IMG/VR virus record: IMGVR_UViG_3300045988_055277
Span: 1-37,379 of that record
DNA length: 37,379 nucleotides
DNA from: a virus
Strand: one strand, 5' to 3'
Shown here: in pieces, positions 1 through 7,230 of the stretch
How the letters are laid out: each line of letters begins with the position of its first letter
Position numbering within the stretch: the first letter of the stretch is position 1
Notes under the pieces: model-generated
The model's database searches: none
Told to the model about the DNA's origin: nothing
The model's input: only the letters and a program-made list of their open reading frames with translations
Program-made: the position numbers and the translations under genes

Positions 1-337
1 CCAGCCGGTGGCGGATGCTGCGCCACTCTCGCCGGTGGCGGATGCTGCGCCCCTCCAGCCGGTGGCGGATGCTGCGCCACTCTCGCCGGTGGCGGATGCT
101 GCGCCCCTCCAGCCGGTGGCGGATGCTGCGCCACTCTCGCCGGTGGCGGATGCTGCGCCACTCCAGCCGGTGGCGGATGCTGCGCCACTCACGCCGGTGG
201 CGGATGCTGCGCCCCTCCAGCCGGTGGCGGATGCTGCGCCCCTCACGCCGGTGGCGGATGCTGCGCCACTCTCGCCGGTGGCGGATGCTGCGCCCCTCTC
301 GCCGGTGGCGGATGCTGCGCCACTCTCGCCGGTGGCG
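1..337. repeat. 27-bp tandem repeat array, 12 full units at 4-327 plus partial units.
   Basis: The unit is gccggtggcggatgctgcgcc + [a/c]ctc[tc/ca/ac]. Only two short sites vary, which gives E/V/W and S/R in the minus-strand protein. Confidence 0.95.
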
Positions 338-699
338 TGGTTTTCCTTTTTGCCGTTCGCCTTTTTGATGGCATTGTCAAAATCACACTGCGCTTTAACG
401 TACTCAACCTGCGCCTTGACCAGCCCCGGGATGCCGATCTCCGCGCTCAATGTCAGTTTCTTGCCGACGCGCTTCGTGTCGTCGCTGTGCATCTCGTCGC
501 TGACATCCTCCAGCTCCGCCTCGAAATACCGGGAGCCATCGCCGGGCACGTAGTAGCCCAGCACATCCAACGGCATCTCGCAGGCGTGGAGACCTCTTTC
601 ACAGAGTTTAGCGTCTCCATCCACTTCTGCCGTTTTACCAATCTCATATTGGAACCCACGGCATTTCATATCCTTATCAGTTGCCTTGTAAACCTTCAT
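1..699 (-). CDS. Tandem-repeat protein, N-terminal portion. The ORF runs off the window start and continues in frame at 37379..37002.
   Basis: ATG at 699-697 is preceded by GGAGG (705-709). The frame is open down to nt 1 (233 codons), so it is missing from the ORF track, which needs an in-window stop. The unique N-terminal domain reads MKVYKATDKDMKCRGFQYEIGKTAEVDGDAKLCERGLHACEMPLDVLGYY..., followed by 9-aa units [E/V/W][S/R]GAASATG. From memory, this domain-plus-repeat architecture recurs in Firmicutes phage hypothetical proteins; I could not verify that here. Confidence 0.8.
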   Translation of the reverse strand, partial: MKVYKATDKDMKCRGFQYEIGKTAEVDGDAKLCERGLHACEMPLDVLGYYVPGDGSRYFEAELEDVSDEMHSDDTKRVGKKLTLSAEIGIPGLVKAQVEYVKAQCDFDNAIKKANGKKENHATGESGAASATGERGAASATGESGAASATGVRGAASATGWRGAASATGVSGAASATGWSGAASATGESGAASATGWRGAASATGESGAASATGWRGAASATGESGAASATGW

Positions 700-899
700 T
701 TCATCCTCCTTGCGGCCTGTTGAATGCGCTGGTATGCTTTGCGCATCACGCGGCCTTTATAGTCCTTAAATTCGTTGTTCTTGGCACGTTCCGCATAGGA
801 GATGGCTTTCTCCGCCTCGTGCTGCGCCCATAGGGGGCAGTCGGTACGGCAGCCCACGCGCCGGTCAGGGCATTCAATGGGGCAATTGGTCATTCCCAT
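696..899 (-). CDS. Small Cys-rich protein (hypothetical).
   Basis: 67 aa, MGMTNCPIECPDRRVGCRTDCPLWAQHE..., with AGGGAG 8 nt upstream. Its TGA overlaps the next ATG as ATGA. Confidence 0.7.
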   Translation of the reverse strand: MGMTNCPIECPDRRVGCRTDCPLWAQHEAEKAISYAERAKNNEFKDYKGRVMRKAYQRIQQAARRMK

Positions 900-1408
900 G
901 TCACCAACTCCCTTCGTACCCCGGCGCGGTGCGCCTCCTCGTGGCTCATCAGTACGTCCACCGTGTAGCCGTACACCCCGGTATCGGCGGCGATGTACGT
1001 TTTTCCGCCGATAGTCACGGTGCTGCCCAGCGGGATAATGCCCGGGTCAACTGCCACCGCCTCACCGATGTCCACCCACCGGCCGGAGGCCGTCAGCACC
1101 TGCCCCGCCTCGTTGCGGTTGATGTGGGCATAGGGCGTGCAGCACGCGCAGTAGCCGGTGATGTCGCAGACCAGCAGATTCTCCGGCGGCTTCGCGGCGG
1201 ACAGCACCGCCGCCTGCACCGCAGCGGACAGGGGAGGGGGTGCGTCCTCCGGCTCCAGTGCCTCCGGCAGCGTCAGCGCCCAGAGGAGGACGGCGAGGAT
1301 CAGAAGACCCAGCAGGGCATTTGCCAGACGCAGACGGCGGCTCCATCTGCGGGCGGCGCAGCGCCGGGAATACTCCCGCGCCCGCCTGTTCCGCTGCCGG
1401 ATATCCAT
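890..1408 (-). CDS. Membrane-anchored 3D-domain protein (MltA/YabE-type peptidoglycan-binding or lytic domain).
   Basis: The start is taken at MDIRQRN (1408), which overlaps the upstream stop as TGATG. There is a TM helix, LANALLGLLILAVLLWALTL. The C-terminus, ITGYCACC...TASG...AVDPGIIPLGSTVTIGGKTYIAADTG...VDV, matches the 3D-domain pattern. Confidence 0.8.
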   Translation of the reverse strand: MDIRQRNRRAREYSRRCAARRWSRRLRLANALLGLLILAVLLWALTLPEALEPEDAPPPLSAAVQAAVLSAAKPPENLLVCDITGYCACCTPYAHINRNEAGQVLTASGRWVDIGEAVAVDPGIIPLGSTVTIGGKTYIAADTGVYGYTVDVLMSHEEAHRAGVRRELVTWE

Positions 1409-1614
1409 CAGCGCCGCCCCCCTTCCGACAGGCACCGCGCCAGCGTGACGGCGGAGATATAGCCTTTTTCCACGGGGAAGTGGCGCTTGGCGGTACGCTG
1501 GTCTGTGATGCCGGTATAGCGGCACAGCTCACCAACGGACAACAGGCGCTTGCCGCCGGTGAATGCGAGGATATCCTCCAGATTCTCCCGGTAGCCGGGC
1601 AGCTCCTTACTCAC
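1408..1614 (-). CDS. Small putative HTH DNA-binding protein (hypothetical).
   Basis: GTG start at 1614; 68 aa. The segment LLSVGELCRYTGITDQRTAKRHF looks like an HTH. Confidence 0.6.
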   Translation of the reverse strand: MSKELPGYRENLEDILAFTGGKRLLSVGELCRYTGITDQRTAKRHFPVEKGYISAVTLARCLSEGGRR

Positions 1615-1708
1615 GGCGACCCCTCCCCTCGATAGCGTCCAGCAGATGCAGAACGGACCTTGCCAGCGTTGCAGCGCCGGCGATGATGACGATGTAATAT
1701 AAAGTCAT
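1607..1708 (-). CDS. 33-aa hydrophobic peptide (below the ORF-track cutoff).
   Basis: AAGGAGcaaccaccATG, sequence MTLYYIVIIAGAATLARSVLHLLDAIEGRGRRE. It fills the gap between the antirepressor gene and the next gene and overlaps the next gene's start. Confidence 0.35.
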   Translation of the reverse strand: MTLYYIVIIAGAATLARSVLHLLDAIEGRGRRE

Positions 1709-1720
1709 GGTGGTTGCTCC

Positions 1721-2494
1721 TTAGTGTAGGAATTTATTGACAAAGTACTTCTGGCCGTTGCCGGTCACCTTGACAGTTTTGCTGATGGTGATAGACCCGT
1801 CGGAGCGGGTGATGGCCGTCTCCTTGATGGAGAAAAGGCCCATGTCCATGGCGCGCTGGGTGGGCATATTGTAGTCCGTGCCGCTGCGGCGGATCAGATA
1901 GCCGTTATCCCGCAGCCAGGCGAACAAGCGGTTCTGCCCGATGTCCACGCCGTTCTGACGGAGGAGCTTTGCCAGCTCCCCCACAAGGATGGAGGTGTGG
2001 GACGCGCTGACGGCATCGGCGAAAAGAACTTTTGGACGGTCGGCGGCGGTCTGCTGCTCCAGCGCCCTGCGCTTCTCCCGCTCCTCCTTGAGGGCCTGGA
2101 GGGTGCGGATCATGGTGTCCGGGTCGTCCAGCATCTTCTCCACGGTGGGCGCGTCGGCGTACATTCCGTGGCGGCGGATGGCGGGCAGCACTTCGGAGGT
2201 GACCCAGCGCTTGAACTGCTTCGCGCCGGGCAGCTTGCTGGACAGCACCAGCGCGTACAGGCCGCTCTCGTTGATGACGGTAGGGGACTGCTCTCTCCCG
2301 AGGGAGTCACGAATCGTTACCCCATCCCCTTGACGCTTGTCATCGGCGTCAATGTGGTCTGCCAGCGCCTTTCTGGGATTGGTGTAGCCCAGCACCGACG
2401 CCACGTCCTTTCCGATAAACCAGGGTTCGCCCTCGATTTCAGTGGTGCGGATGGTGCCAAAGGCGGGATTGGTGAATTGCTGTAATGTGTTCAT
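1721..2494 (-). CDS. Phage antirepressor (N-terminal BRO/AntA-like domain plus C-terminal KilAC/ANT-like domain).
   Basis: 257 aa. The N-terminus is FTNPAFGTIRTTEIEGEPWFIGKDVASVLGY...INESGLYALVLSSKLPGAKQFKRWVTSEVLPAIRRHG. The C-terminus is ...ILVGELAKLL...NRLFAWLRDNGYL. RBS AAAGGAG. Confidence 0.9.
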   Translation of the reverse strand: MNTLQQFTNPAFGTIRTTEIEGEPWFIGKDVASVLGYTNPRKALADHIDADDKRQGDGVTIRDSLGREQSPTVINESGLYALVLSSKLPGAKQFKRWVTSEVLPAIRRHGMYADAPTVEKMLDDPDTMIRTLQALKEEREKRRALEQQTAADRPKVLFADAVSASHTSILVGELAKLLRQNGVDIGQNRLFAWLRDNGYLIRRSGTDYNMPTQRAMDMGLFSIKETAITRSDGSITISKTVKVTGNGQKYFVNKFLH

Positions 2495-2552
2495 GGGCGC
2501 TCCTTTCTTGTGTTTTGATGAAATCTGTGATACATTCAGCGGGGGTGAAAAA

Positions 2553-2954
2553 ATGTTTACGAAAGAACAAATCGATATGCTATGCAGGCTTGAAAGCGGC
2601 TGCGCCTGGCGGTGGCATCAATCCGACCGAGATGACGGCGTTCTTCTGTTTCTGCTGGATAGCGGGTACTGCACACCGCGAGAAGATGTCGCGCCGGGAT
2701 GGATAGAACTCACCGAAAAGGGGCTCGCCGCCTTAGCTGACCTTCGCGTAAAGGAAGCAGAGCGCACCGACCGCCGCCGCGAGAAGGAACTCACGGAGGC
2801 CACGCGCCTCAAGGAACGCCAGCAGGATCGAGCCGATGAAGAACGCAGATACCGAACGCAGAACAAGATTGCGATAATAATGCCGCTTGTCACGTTCGTG
2901 CTTGGCGTCCTGGTAGAGCATTTCTACGGCGTCTTTGCGCTTCTCTTTTCTTGA
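2553..2954 (+). CDS. Hypothetical protein with a C-terminal TM anchor, oriented against the early operon.
   Basis: 133 aa, with GGGGGTGaaaaaATG. It has a globular N-terminus, a charged coiled segment and the hydrophobic tail IIMPLVTFVLGVLVEHFYGVFALLF. A possible promoter is TTGTGT (2508-2513), 17 nt, TACATT (2531-2536). It competes with the antisense ORF 2733..2963. Confidence 0.5.
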   Translation: MFTKEQIDMLCRLESGCAWRWHQSDRDDGVLLFLLDSGYCTPREDVAPGWIELTEKGLAALADLRVKEAERTDRRREKELTEATRLKERQQDRADEERRYRTQNKIAIIMPLVTFVLGVLVEHFYGVFALLFS

Positions 2955-2963
2955 AAACAACAT
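2733..2963 (-). CDS. Alternative small membrane protein, antisense to 2553..2954.
   Basis: 76 aa with two hydrophobic segments. A strong TAAGGAGGT lies 10 nt upstream, directly downstream of the cro-like gene on the same strand. Its codons are in exact antisense register with the + ORF, so base composition cannot decide between them. Confidence 0.3.
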   Translation of the reverse strand: MLFSRKEKRKDAVEMLYQDAKHERDKRHYYRNLVLRSVSAFFIGSILLAFLEARGLREFLLAAAVGALCFLYAKVS

Positions 2964-2990
2964 TAAGTGTTGACCTCCTTACGGGATGGG

Positions 2991-3191
2991 TTACTCTCTG
3001 CCGAGAAGGTAATCGGTAGAGACGCCGAAAAAGTCGGCCAACCTTGAAAGTGCAGCGCAGGGAATGCGCCCCGCATTTTCCCAGTTATGAATGGTTTTTC
3101 TTGATACTCCCATGACGCGCGCAAGATCATCTTTACTTAGGCCGCGCCTGACGCGTTCTGCTGAAATGTTCGGATATTTAGCGTGTACCAC
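2991..3191 (-). CDS. Cro-like short XRE-family HTH regulator.
   Basis: GTG at 3191 with AAGGAGG 9 nt upstream; 66 aa. The sequence ...RGLSKDDLARVMGVSRKTIHNWENAGRIPCAALSRLADFFGVSTDYLLGRE is HTH_3-like. It is divergent from the repressor gene. Confidence 0.8.
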   Translation of the reverse strand: MVHAKYPNISAERVRRGLSKDDLARVMGVSRKTIHNWENAGRIPCAALSRLADFFGVSTDYLLGRE

Positions 3192-3401
3192 TTTTCTGAT
3201 CCTCCTTCGTGTTACGCATTTCGCGTATTTATGACCATAATAATATACGCATAATGTGTAATTGTAAAGCGATAAAATGCACGAAATGTGAAGCCTTCCT
3301 TTGTACAACTTCACATATCGTGCAATCGCCCTTGACATTGTACCCAAAAAGTGTAATACTGAAATTGCTAAAATTTAATCTCATAATGAGGAGTTAAGCG
3401 C
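3192..3401. promoter_or_regulatory. AT-rich divergent promoter/operator region of the immunity switch.
   Basis: The + promoter is TTGACA (3332-3337) and TG-T-AATACT (3352-3360). The minus promoter is TTTACA (3268-3263), 17 nt, TATTAT (3245-3240). An inverted repeat lies between them. Confidence 0.6.
3279..3323. promoter_or_regulatory. Candidate operator: 15-nt inverted repeat.
   Basis: GCACGAAATGTGAAG (3279-3293) and CTTCACATATCGTGC (3309-3323) are complementary at 14 of 15 positions. The palindrome TTGTACAA (3301-3308) sits in the centre. Confidence 0.5.
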
Positions 3402-4001
3402 ATGGAGAGCTTGAAAGAATTAAGAGAAAAAGCTGGAAAATCAATGCGGCTTACCGCTGAAGATCTTGGAATACCGTATACAACATATGTAAGCTATGAA
3501 AAGGGAGCGCGGGAGCCAAACAGTGAGATGCTTGTTAAAATCGCCGAATACTACCACACGACCACAGATTTTCTATTGGGAAGACTGGCGCGAAACAGTA
3601 TGGCCGCACCAACTATAGGTGAACGCATACGCGATGCGCGAGAAGCGCGCAAGATGTCGCAAGAGGAGCTTGGACGCGCCTGCGAAACGACAAAGCAGAC
3701 GATTTATAAATATGAATCCGGCCTGGTCACGAACATCCCGCTTGATAGACTGGAAGCCATTGCAGACGCACTTGGCGTGTCCTCCGCATATCTGGCGGGG
3801 TGGGATAGTACAGAGGAATACCGAGCGTTGCACCATATCGCCGAAGATATGTATACGACAAAAGCCCCCGGCCGCATGGCCGAGGACTTGAGCACCGAGG
3901 AGCTTGAAATTGTCTCTATTCTTCGAAAGATGTCTCCAGAGCAGCTTGCGCGGGAGCTGGCGTATTTGCGACAAGCTTCCGCAGATGGGCAAGATAAGTA
4001 A
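3402..4001 (+). CDS. CI-like repressor with two XRE-type HTH domains.
   Basis: 199 aa. HTH 1 is LRLTAEDLGIPYTTYVSYEKGAREP. HTH 2 is RKMSQEELGRACETTKQTIYKYESG. It is divergent from the cro-like gene and is the first gene of the + lysogeny arm. Confidence 0.9.
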   Translation: MESLKELREKAGKSMRLTAEDLGIPYTTYVSYEKGAREPNSEMLVKIAEYYHTTTDFLLGRLARNSMAAPTIGERIRDAREARKMSQEELGRACETTKQTIYKYESGLVTNIPLDRLEAIADALGVSSAYLAGWDSTEEYRALHHIAEDMYTTKAPGRMAEDLSTEELEIVSILRKMSPEQLARELAYLRQASADGQDK

Positions 4002-4080
4002 CTTTCCGCTCTGGTGTGAGCTTGCGGTATAGGTCGATCACCGCGTTGATCGCCTGTTCAGAAATCTGTGTTTTCCCCAT
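3916..4080 (-). CDS. Possible 54-aa ORF convergent with, and overlapping, the repressor 3' end.
   Basis: MGKTQISEQAINAVIDLYRKLTPERK..., weak RBS, 86-nt antisense overlap with 3402..4001. Doubtful. Confidence 0.2.
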   Translation of the reverse strand: MGKTQISEQAINAVIDLYRKLTPERKVTYLAHLRKLVANTPAPAQAALETSFEE

Positions 4081-4301
4081 TTTCTTTCCCCTTTCCTTTG
4101 TGTAATACAACAGCGCACCCGCCGCCTCCGCAACGGCGACGGGGGCTTACAGCAGACACACCAACCATCACGCGCACCTGCTGCGGCTTCACCGTAGCAA
4201 AACCGCATTAGGCAGGTCAACGTCAAAACGAGGCAGACCGCCCCGCCGCGCCAAACCGAAACAGGGCAGGCCGCGCCCAGTTCAGGGAGGAATGAATACA
4301 A

Positions 4302-4691
4302 ATGGAAGAATCTTTACAGGAAATTTGCAGAGAAGCCAAATACCGGGCAAAGATGACGGCGCAGGATATTTCCGACTGTTCCGACGTTCCCCTGTCCAGC
4401 GTCAACAACTTCTTTTCGTCGTCTTCCAAGATGCCGTCTATCTACACCGCTGGACCTATCTGCCGCGTCCTTGGCGTGTCAATAGACGCTTTTTTTCATA
4501 TTAAGCCAACGCCCGATCCGTCACTTGAAGAGCAACTTACCCATGAGCAGGAGCTAAACCAGCTCCGCGTCAGAGCCATACATCACAAAAATTATCTGAT
4601 TTTTGGGCTGATGATCCTGCTTGCCATCGCCCTGGCATACGGCATCACAATTGACCTGCAAAATCCCAACATTGGTTTGTTCCAGAAATAA
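4302..4691 (+). CDS. Membrane-anchored HTH-like protein (degenerate XRE-like N-terminus, C-terminal TM helix).
   Basis: 129 aa, GGGAGG RBS. The N-terminal segment is KMTAQDISDCSDVPLSSVNNFFS. The TM helix is YLIFGLMILLAIALAYGITI. Confidence 0.75.
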   Translation: MEESLQEICREAKYRAKMTAQDISDCSDVPLSSVNNFFSSSSKMPSIYTAGPICRVLGVSIDAFFHIKPTPDPSLEEQLTHEQELNQLRVRAIHHKNYLIFGLMILLAIALAYGITIDLQNPNIGLFQK

Positions 4692-4749
4692 AACATCATA
4701 GGAAAAGCCATCGCGTTTACAAGCGCGGTGCGGTAAGGAGGGGTAGAAT

Positions 4750-5391
4750 ATGCTTAGTTCCATCGTGCATCTCTCGTCCATCGTGGCGGCCGGAATGGTT
4801 CTCTATGCTGGATTCCGTGTTGCGAAAAAGGAAAAGAAGATCACGGACAGGCTGTTTGAAAAATGGGCTGTGGTGTTCTTCCTCGTGACCGGATTGATGC
4901 TTGTTTGGGATCTCTCCCGTGACCTGAAGAACAATATACCTGACGGAGAATACGACATCAGGGTAGAGGCGCATAGCAAAAGTTGGAAATTTGACCGGTA
5001 TCTATCGGCTGTTCTGGCCGTGCAGACGGATATAGATAGCGAGCCGTACCGAGACACGGACCGGCTGACCAAATCGACGCGATACACCCTGTGCGGCGTG
5101 TTTTACGGGAAAAGCCAAACGCCCAGAAACTGGCGAAGACTTGACATTGATGTGCATCCTCCGGAAGCGATCAGTGTGGAAATCGACAACAAGCTGTGTG
5201 ATCTTACGATTGACCGCGTTTCCGCGTCGTCGCTGGGCGTGACGCCTTCCGATAACTGGCGTCTACAGCCAACAATGAACAAGATAATGTATATTTCCGT
5301 CCCGATACTGTGCGCGATCGGCACAATTCACGGGATTCTAATAGACGAGATAGAGAAGAGGAGGGCTATGGAATGGCAAAAAAGATCATAG
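4750..5391 (+). CDS. Three-TM membrane protein with a central roughly 110-aa soluble domain (hypothetical).
   Basis: 213 aa, TAAGGAGG RBS. TM segments lie near residues 5-22, 41-60 and 178-198. G+C is visibly lower than in the phage core. Confidence 0.8.
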   Translation: MLSSIVHLSSIVAAGMVLYAGFRVAKKEKKITDRLFEKWAVVFFLVTGLMLVWDLSRDLKNNIPDGEYDIRVEAHSKSWKFDRYLSAVLAVQTDIDSEPYRDTDRLTKSTRYTLCGVFYGKSQTPRNWRRLDIDVHPPEAISVEIDNKLCDLTIDRVSASSLGVTPSDNWRLQPTMNKIMYISVPILCAIGTIHGILIDEIEKRRAMEWQKRS

Positions 5392-5726
5392 CGGCAATGC
5401 TGGCTTTTTCGCTGGTTCTTGCTATTACGGCCTGCGGTGATGCACCGGTCGAGGAGGCAAAACAAACGAGCTCTCCGTTGCCCGTAGAGGATCGCGAGCC
5501 GACGGTAACGCTGCAAGAGACGCCAGACAGCACCTGCTTTTCTGCTGTCGGATATGACAGCGCGGGACAGGTCTTGTTTGTGCAATTTCGGGAAAGCGGC
5601 TCCATCTATTCCTACGACGATGTTCCGGCGCTTGTGTACAGCGACCTGATGAATGCCGAATCTATGGGCGGCTACTACAACGGATATATAAAGGGACATT
5701 ACACGGCACACAGACTTACGGACTAA
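5373..5726 (+). CDS. Lipoprotein with a KTSC-like domain.
   Basis: The start is taken at MAKKIIAAMLAFSLVLAITAC (signal peptide plus lipobox ITAC), with GAGGAGGG 7 nt upstream. The C-terminus, FSAVGYDSAGQVLFVQFRESGSIYSYDDVPALVYSDLMNAESMGGYYNGYIKGHY, fits the KTSC-domain pattern as I recall it. Confidence 0.8.
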   Translation: MAKKIIAAMLAFSLVLAITACGDAPVEEAKQTSSPLPVEDREPTVTLQETPDSTCFSAVGYDSAGQVLFVQFRESGSIYSYDDVPALVYSDLMNAESMGGYYNGYIKGHYTAHRLTD

Positions 5727-5731
5727 AATAA

Positions 5732-5761
5732 GCCGTCCCCTGCTGCAACAGGGGACGGCTC
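5732..5761 (+). terminator. Hairpin after the cassette (12-bp perfect stem, no clear U tract).
   Basis: AGCCGTCCCCTG-ctgcaa-CAGGGGACGGCT. Confidence 0.5.
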
Positions 5762-5883
5762 AAGCGAAACACCCACGAACAACCACCACGTCATTAGCAG
5801 GACGGCAAAACTGCCACGTTTCGATGCCAGTATAGCACGATTCGCCGCCGCCTGCAAGCGAAAAAAGAGGAGGATTGACTATT

Positions 5884-6936
5884 ATGGCAAAAAAGAAGTA
5901 TTATCAGAGGCCGGACGGGATCTTTGAGACGACCCGGACGGTGAACGGGAAGCGGGTGCGCTTCCGGGGCAAGACCTGCGCGGAGGTAGACCGGAAGATA
6001 CTGGCCTACAACGAGGAGATGCAGAAGGGGAGGAAGATGCCGAAGATCATCGACGAATGGCAGGAGATGCACAACGAGGAGGTATCGGAATCCACGCGGC
6101 GGGTCTATGATGTGGCCGTGCGGCGTATCCGGGAGGCATTCCCAGGCTATGCCGGCGCGTATACACCGATGGACGTGAAGCGCTATATCACGGCATTTGA
6201 AAAGAAAGGGTTTTCCGCGTCCACGGTCAGCGTGGAGCTGGGGGTGCTGAAGCAGGTGTTCTCCCACGCGGTGCTGCAAGGCGACATTGCCGTGTCTCCG
6301 GCGACGGAGGTACGGGCAAGCCGCGGACTGCCGAAGAAGGAGCGCAGCGCCCTGACGGAGGAGCAGGAGGCATTGGTGGAGGCGTACCGCGGAGAGGACT
6401 TTTTGCTGGGGTTGATGATGCTGTACACCGGCTGCCGGCGCGGGGAGCTGCTGGCGCTGACGTGGCAGGACATAGACCGCGACGCCGGGGTGATCCACGT
6501 CACGAAAAAAATCAACTACGCCACAGGCAAGCCGGTTCTGGAGCACAAGCTAAAGAGCAAGAACAGTCAGCGGGACATCCCCATTCTCGCGCCGCTGGCG
6601 GCGGTGCTGCCGCAAAAGCCGCGCATTGGGCTGATCTTCTGCGGGGAAGACGGCGCCCCCATGAGCATAGGACACTGGAATAGGCGGTGGATATCCTACA
6701 CGGCGCGGGCGGGGATCAGCGGCATTACGCCGCACCAGTTCCGGCACAGCTTCGCCACGCTGATGTATGAGGCGGGCGTGGACAGCAAGCAGGGCGCGGC
6801 CTTTCTTGGCGATACGGAGGACGTGCTCAAGGGTGTTTATGAGGAGCTGCGGAGGAGCCGCGCGGCCAGTGGCGCGGCTCGGCTGGACGCCTATCTGGAG
6901 ATGCGCAGAGCGGAGGCGGAGGCGCGGCACGGCTGA
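5884..6936 (+). CDS. int: Tyrosine recombinase / phage integrase.
   Basis: 350 aa, AGAGGAGGA RBS. It has an N-terminal SAM-like core-binding region. The catalytic-domain signatures are LMMLYTGCRRGELLALTW, HQFRHSFATLM and GDTEDVLKGVY. Confidence 0.95.
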   Translation: MAKKKYYQRPDGIFETTRTVNGKRVRFRGKTCAEVDRKILAYNEEMQKGRKMPKIIDEWQEMHNEEVSESTRRVYDVAVRRIREAFPGYAGAYTPMDVKRYITAFEKKGFSASTVSVELGVLKQVFSHAVLQGDIAVSPATEVRASRGLPKKERSALTEEQEALVEAYRGEDFLLGLMMLYTGCRRGELLALTWQDIDRDAGVIHVTKKINYATGKPVLEHKLKSKNSQRDIPILAPLAAVLPQKPRIGLIFCGEDGAPMSIGHWNRRWISYTARAGISGITPHQFRHSFATLMYEAGVDSKQGAAFLGDTEDVLKGVYEELRRSRAASGAARLDAYLEMRRAEAEARHG

Positions 6937-7171
6937 CGGCTTACTGTGTACTTTTACTGTGTACTTTCTGTGTACTTTTTACTGCCTAAGTATAACAGAG
7001 CATAACAGTATCTTGCAGGGCTGAAACCGTTGTCGCACAACGGAAAGCGCCTATTTGCAAGGGGTTGGAGCGGGTGCGTGGTTTTTAACGCGCCATTACG
7101 ATAGAATGTTGTAATTGCAGGCGGTGGCGATGGCTACTGTGTACAAACTGTGTACTTCGGTTTTTTTTGAA
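6937..7171. other. Candidate attP: direct arm-type repeats flanking a roughly 160-nt core region.
   Basis: CTGTGTACTTT occurs at 6944-6954, 6957-6967 and 6968-6978. CTGTGTAC(AAA) is at 7137-7144 and CTGTGTACTT at 7148-7157. A hairpin CCGTTG-tcgca-CAACGG lies at 7027-7043. The region directly follows int. Confidence 0.55.
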
Positions 7172-7209
7172 AAAGAGAAAAGCACCGGGTTTCCGGTGCT
7201 TTTCTCTTT
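7172..7209. terminator. Bidirectional terminator (17-bp perfect stem).
   Basis: AAAGAGAAAAGCACCGG-gttt-CCGGTGCTTTTCTCTTT. The arms are U-rich in both orientations. It sits between the int arm and the convergent minus-strand block. Confidence 0.75.
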
Positions 7210-7230
7210 AGCGGTGGTACTGTCAAGCGG

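Noticed and set aside
1-337. CRISPR array, suggested by the regular short repeats at both window ends.
   Set aside because: The units are contiguous, with no spacers, a 27-nt period (a multiple of 3) inside an ORF, and no cas genes.
1-337. Diversity-generating retroelement acting on the variable repeat positions.
   Set aside because: The window has no reverse transcriptase and no template repeat. The variation is not adenine-specific.
8-553. + strand ORFs across the 27-bp repeat (ADAAPL... and RWRMLR... frames).
   Set aside because: These are alternative frames of the repeat. The minus-strand frame links two unique domains, has an RBS and ATGA coupling, and closes in frame across the contig junction.
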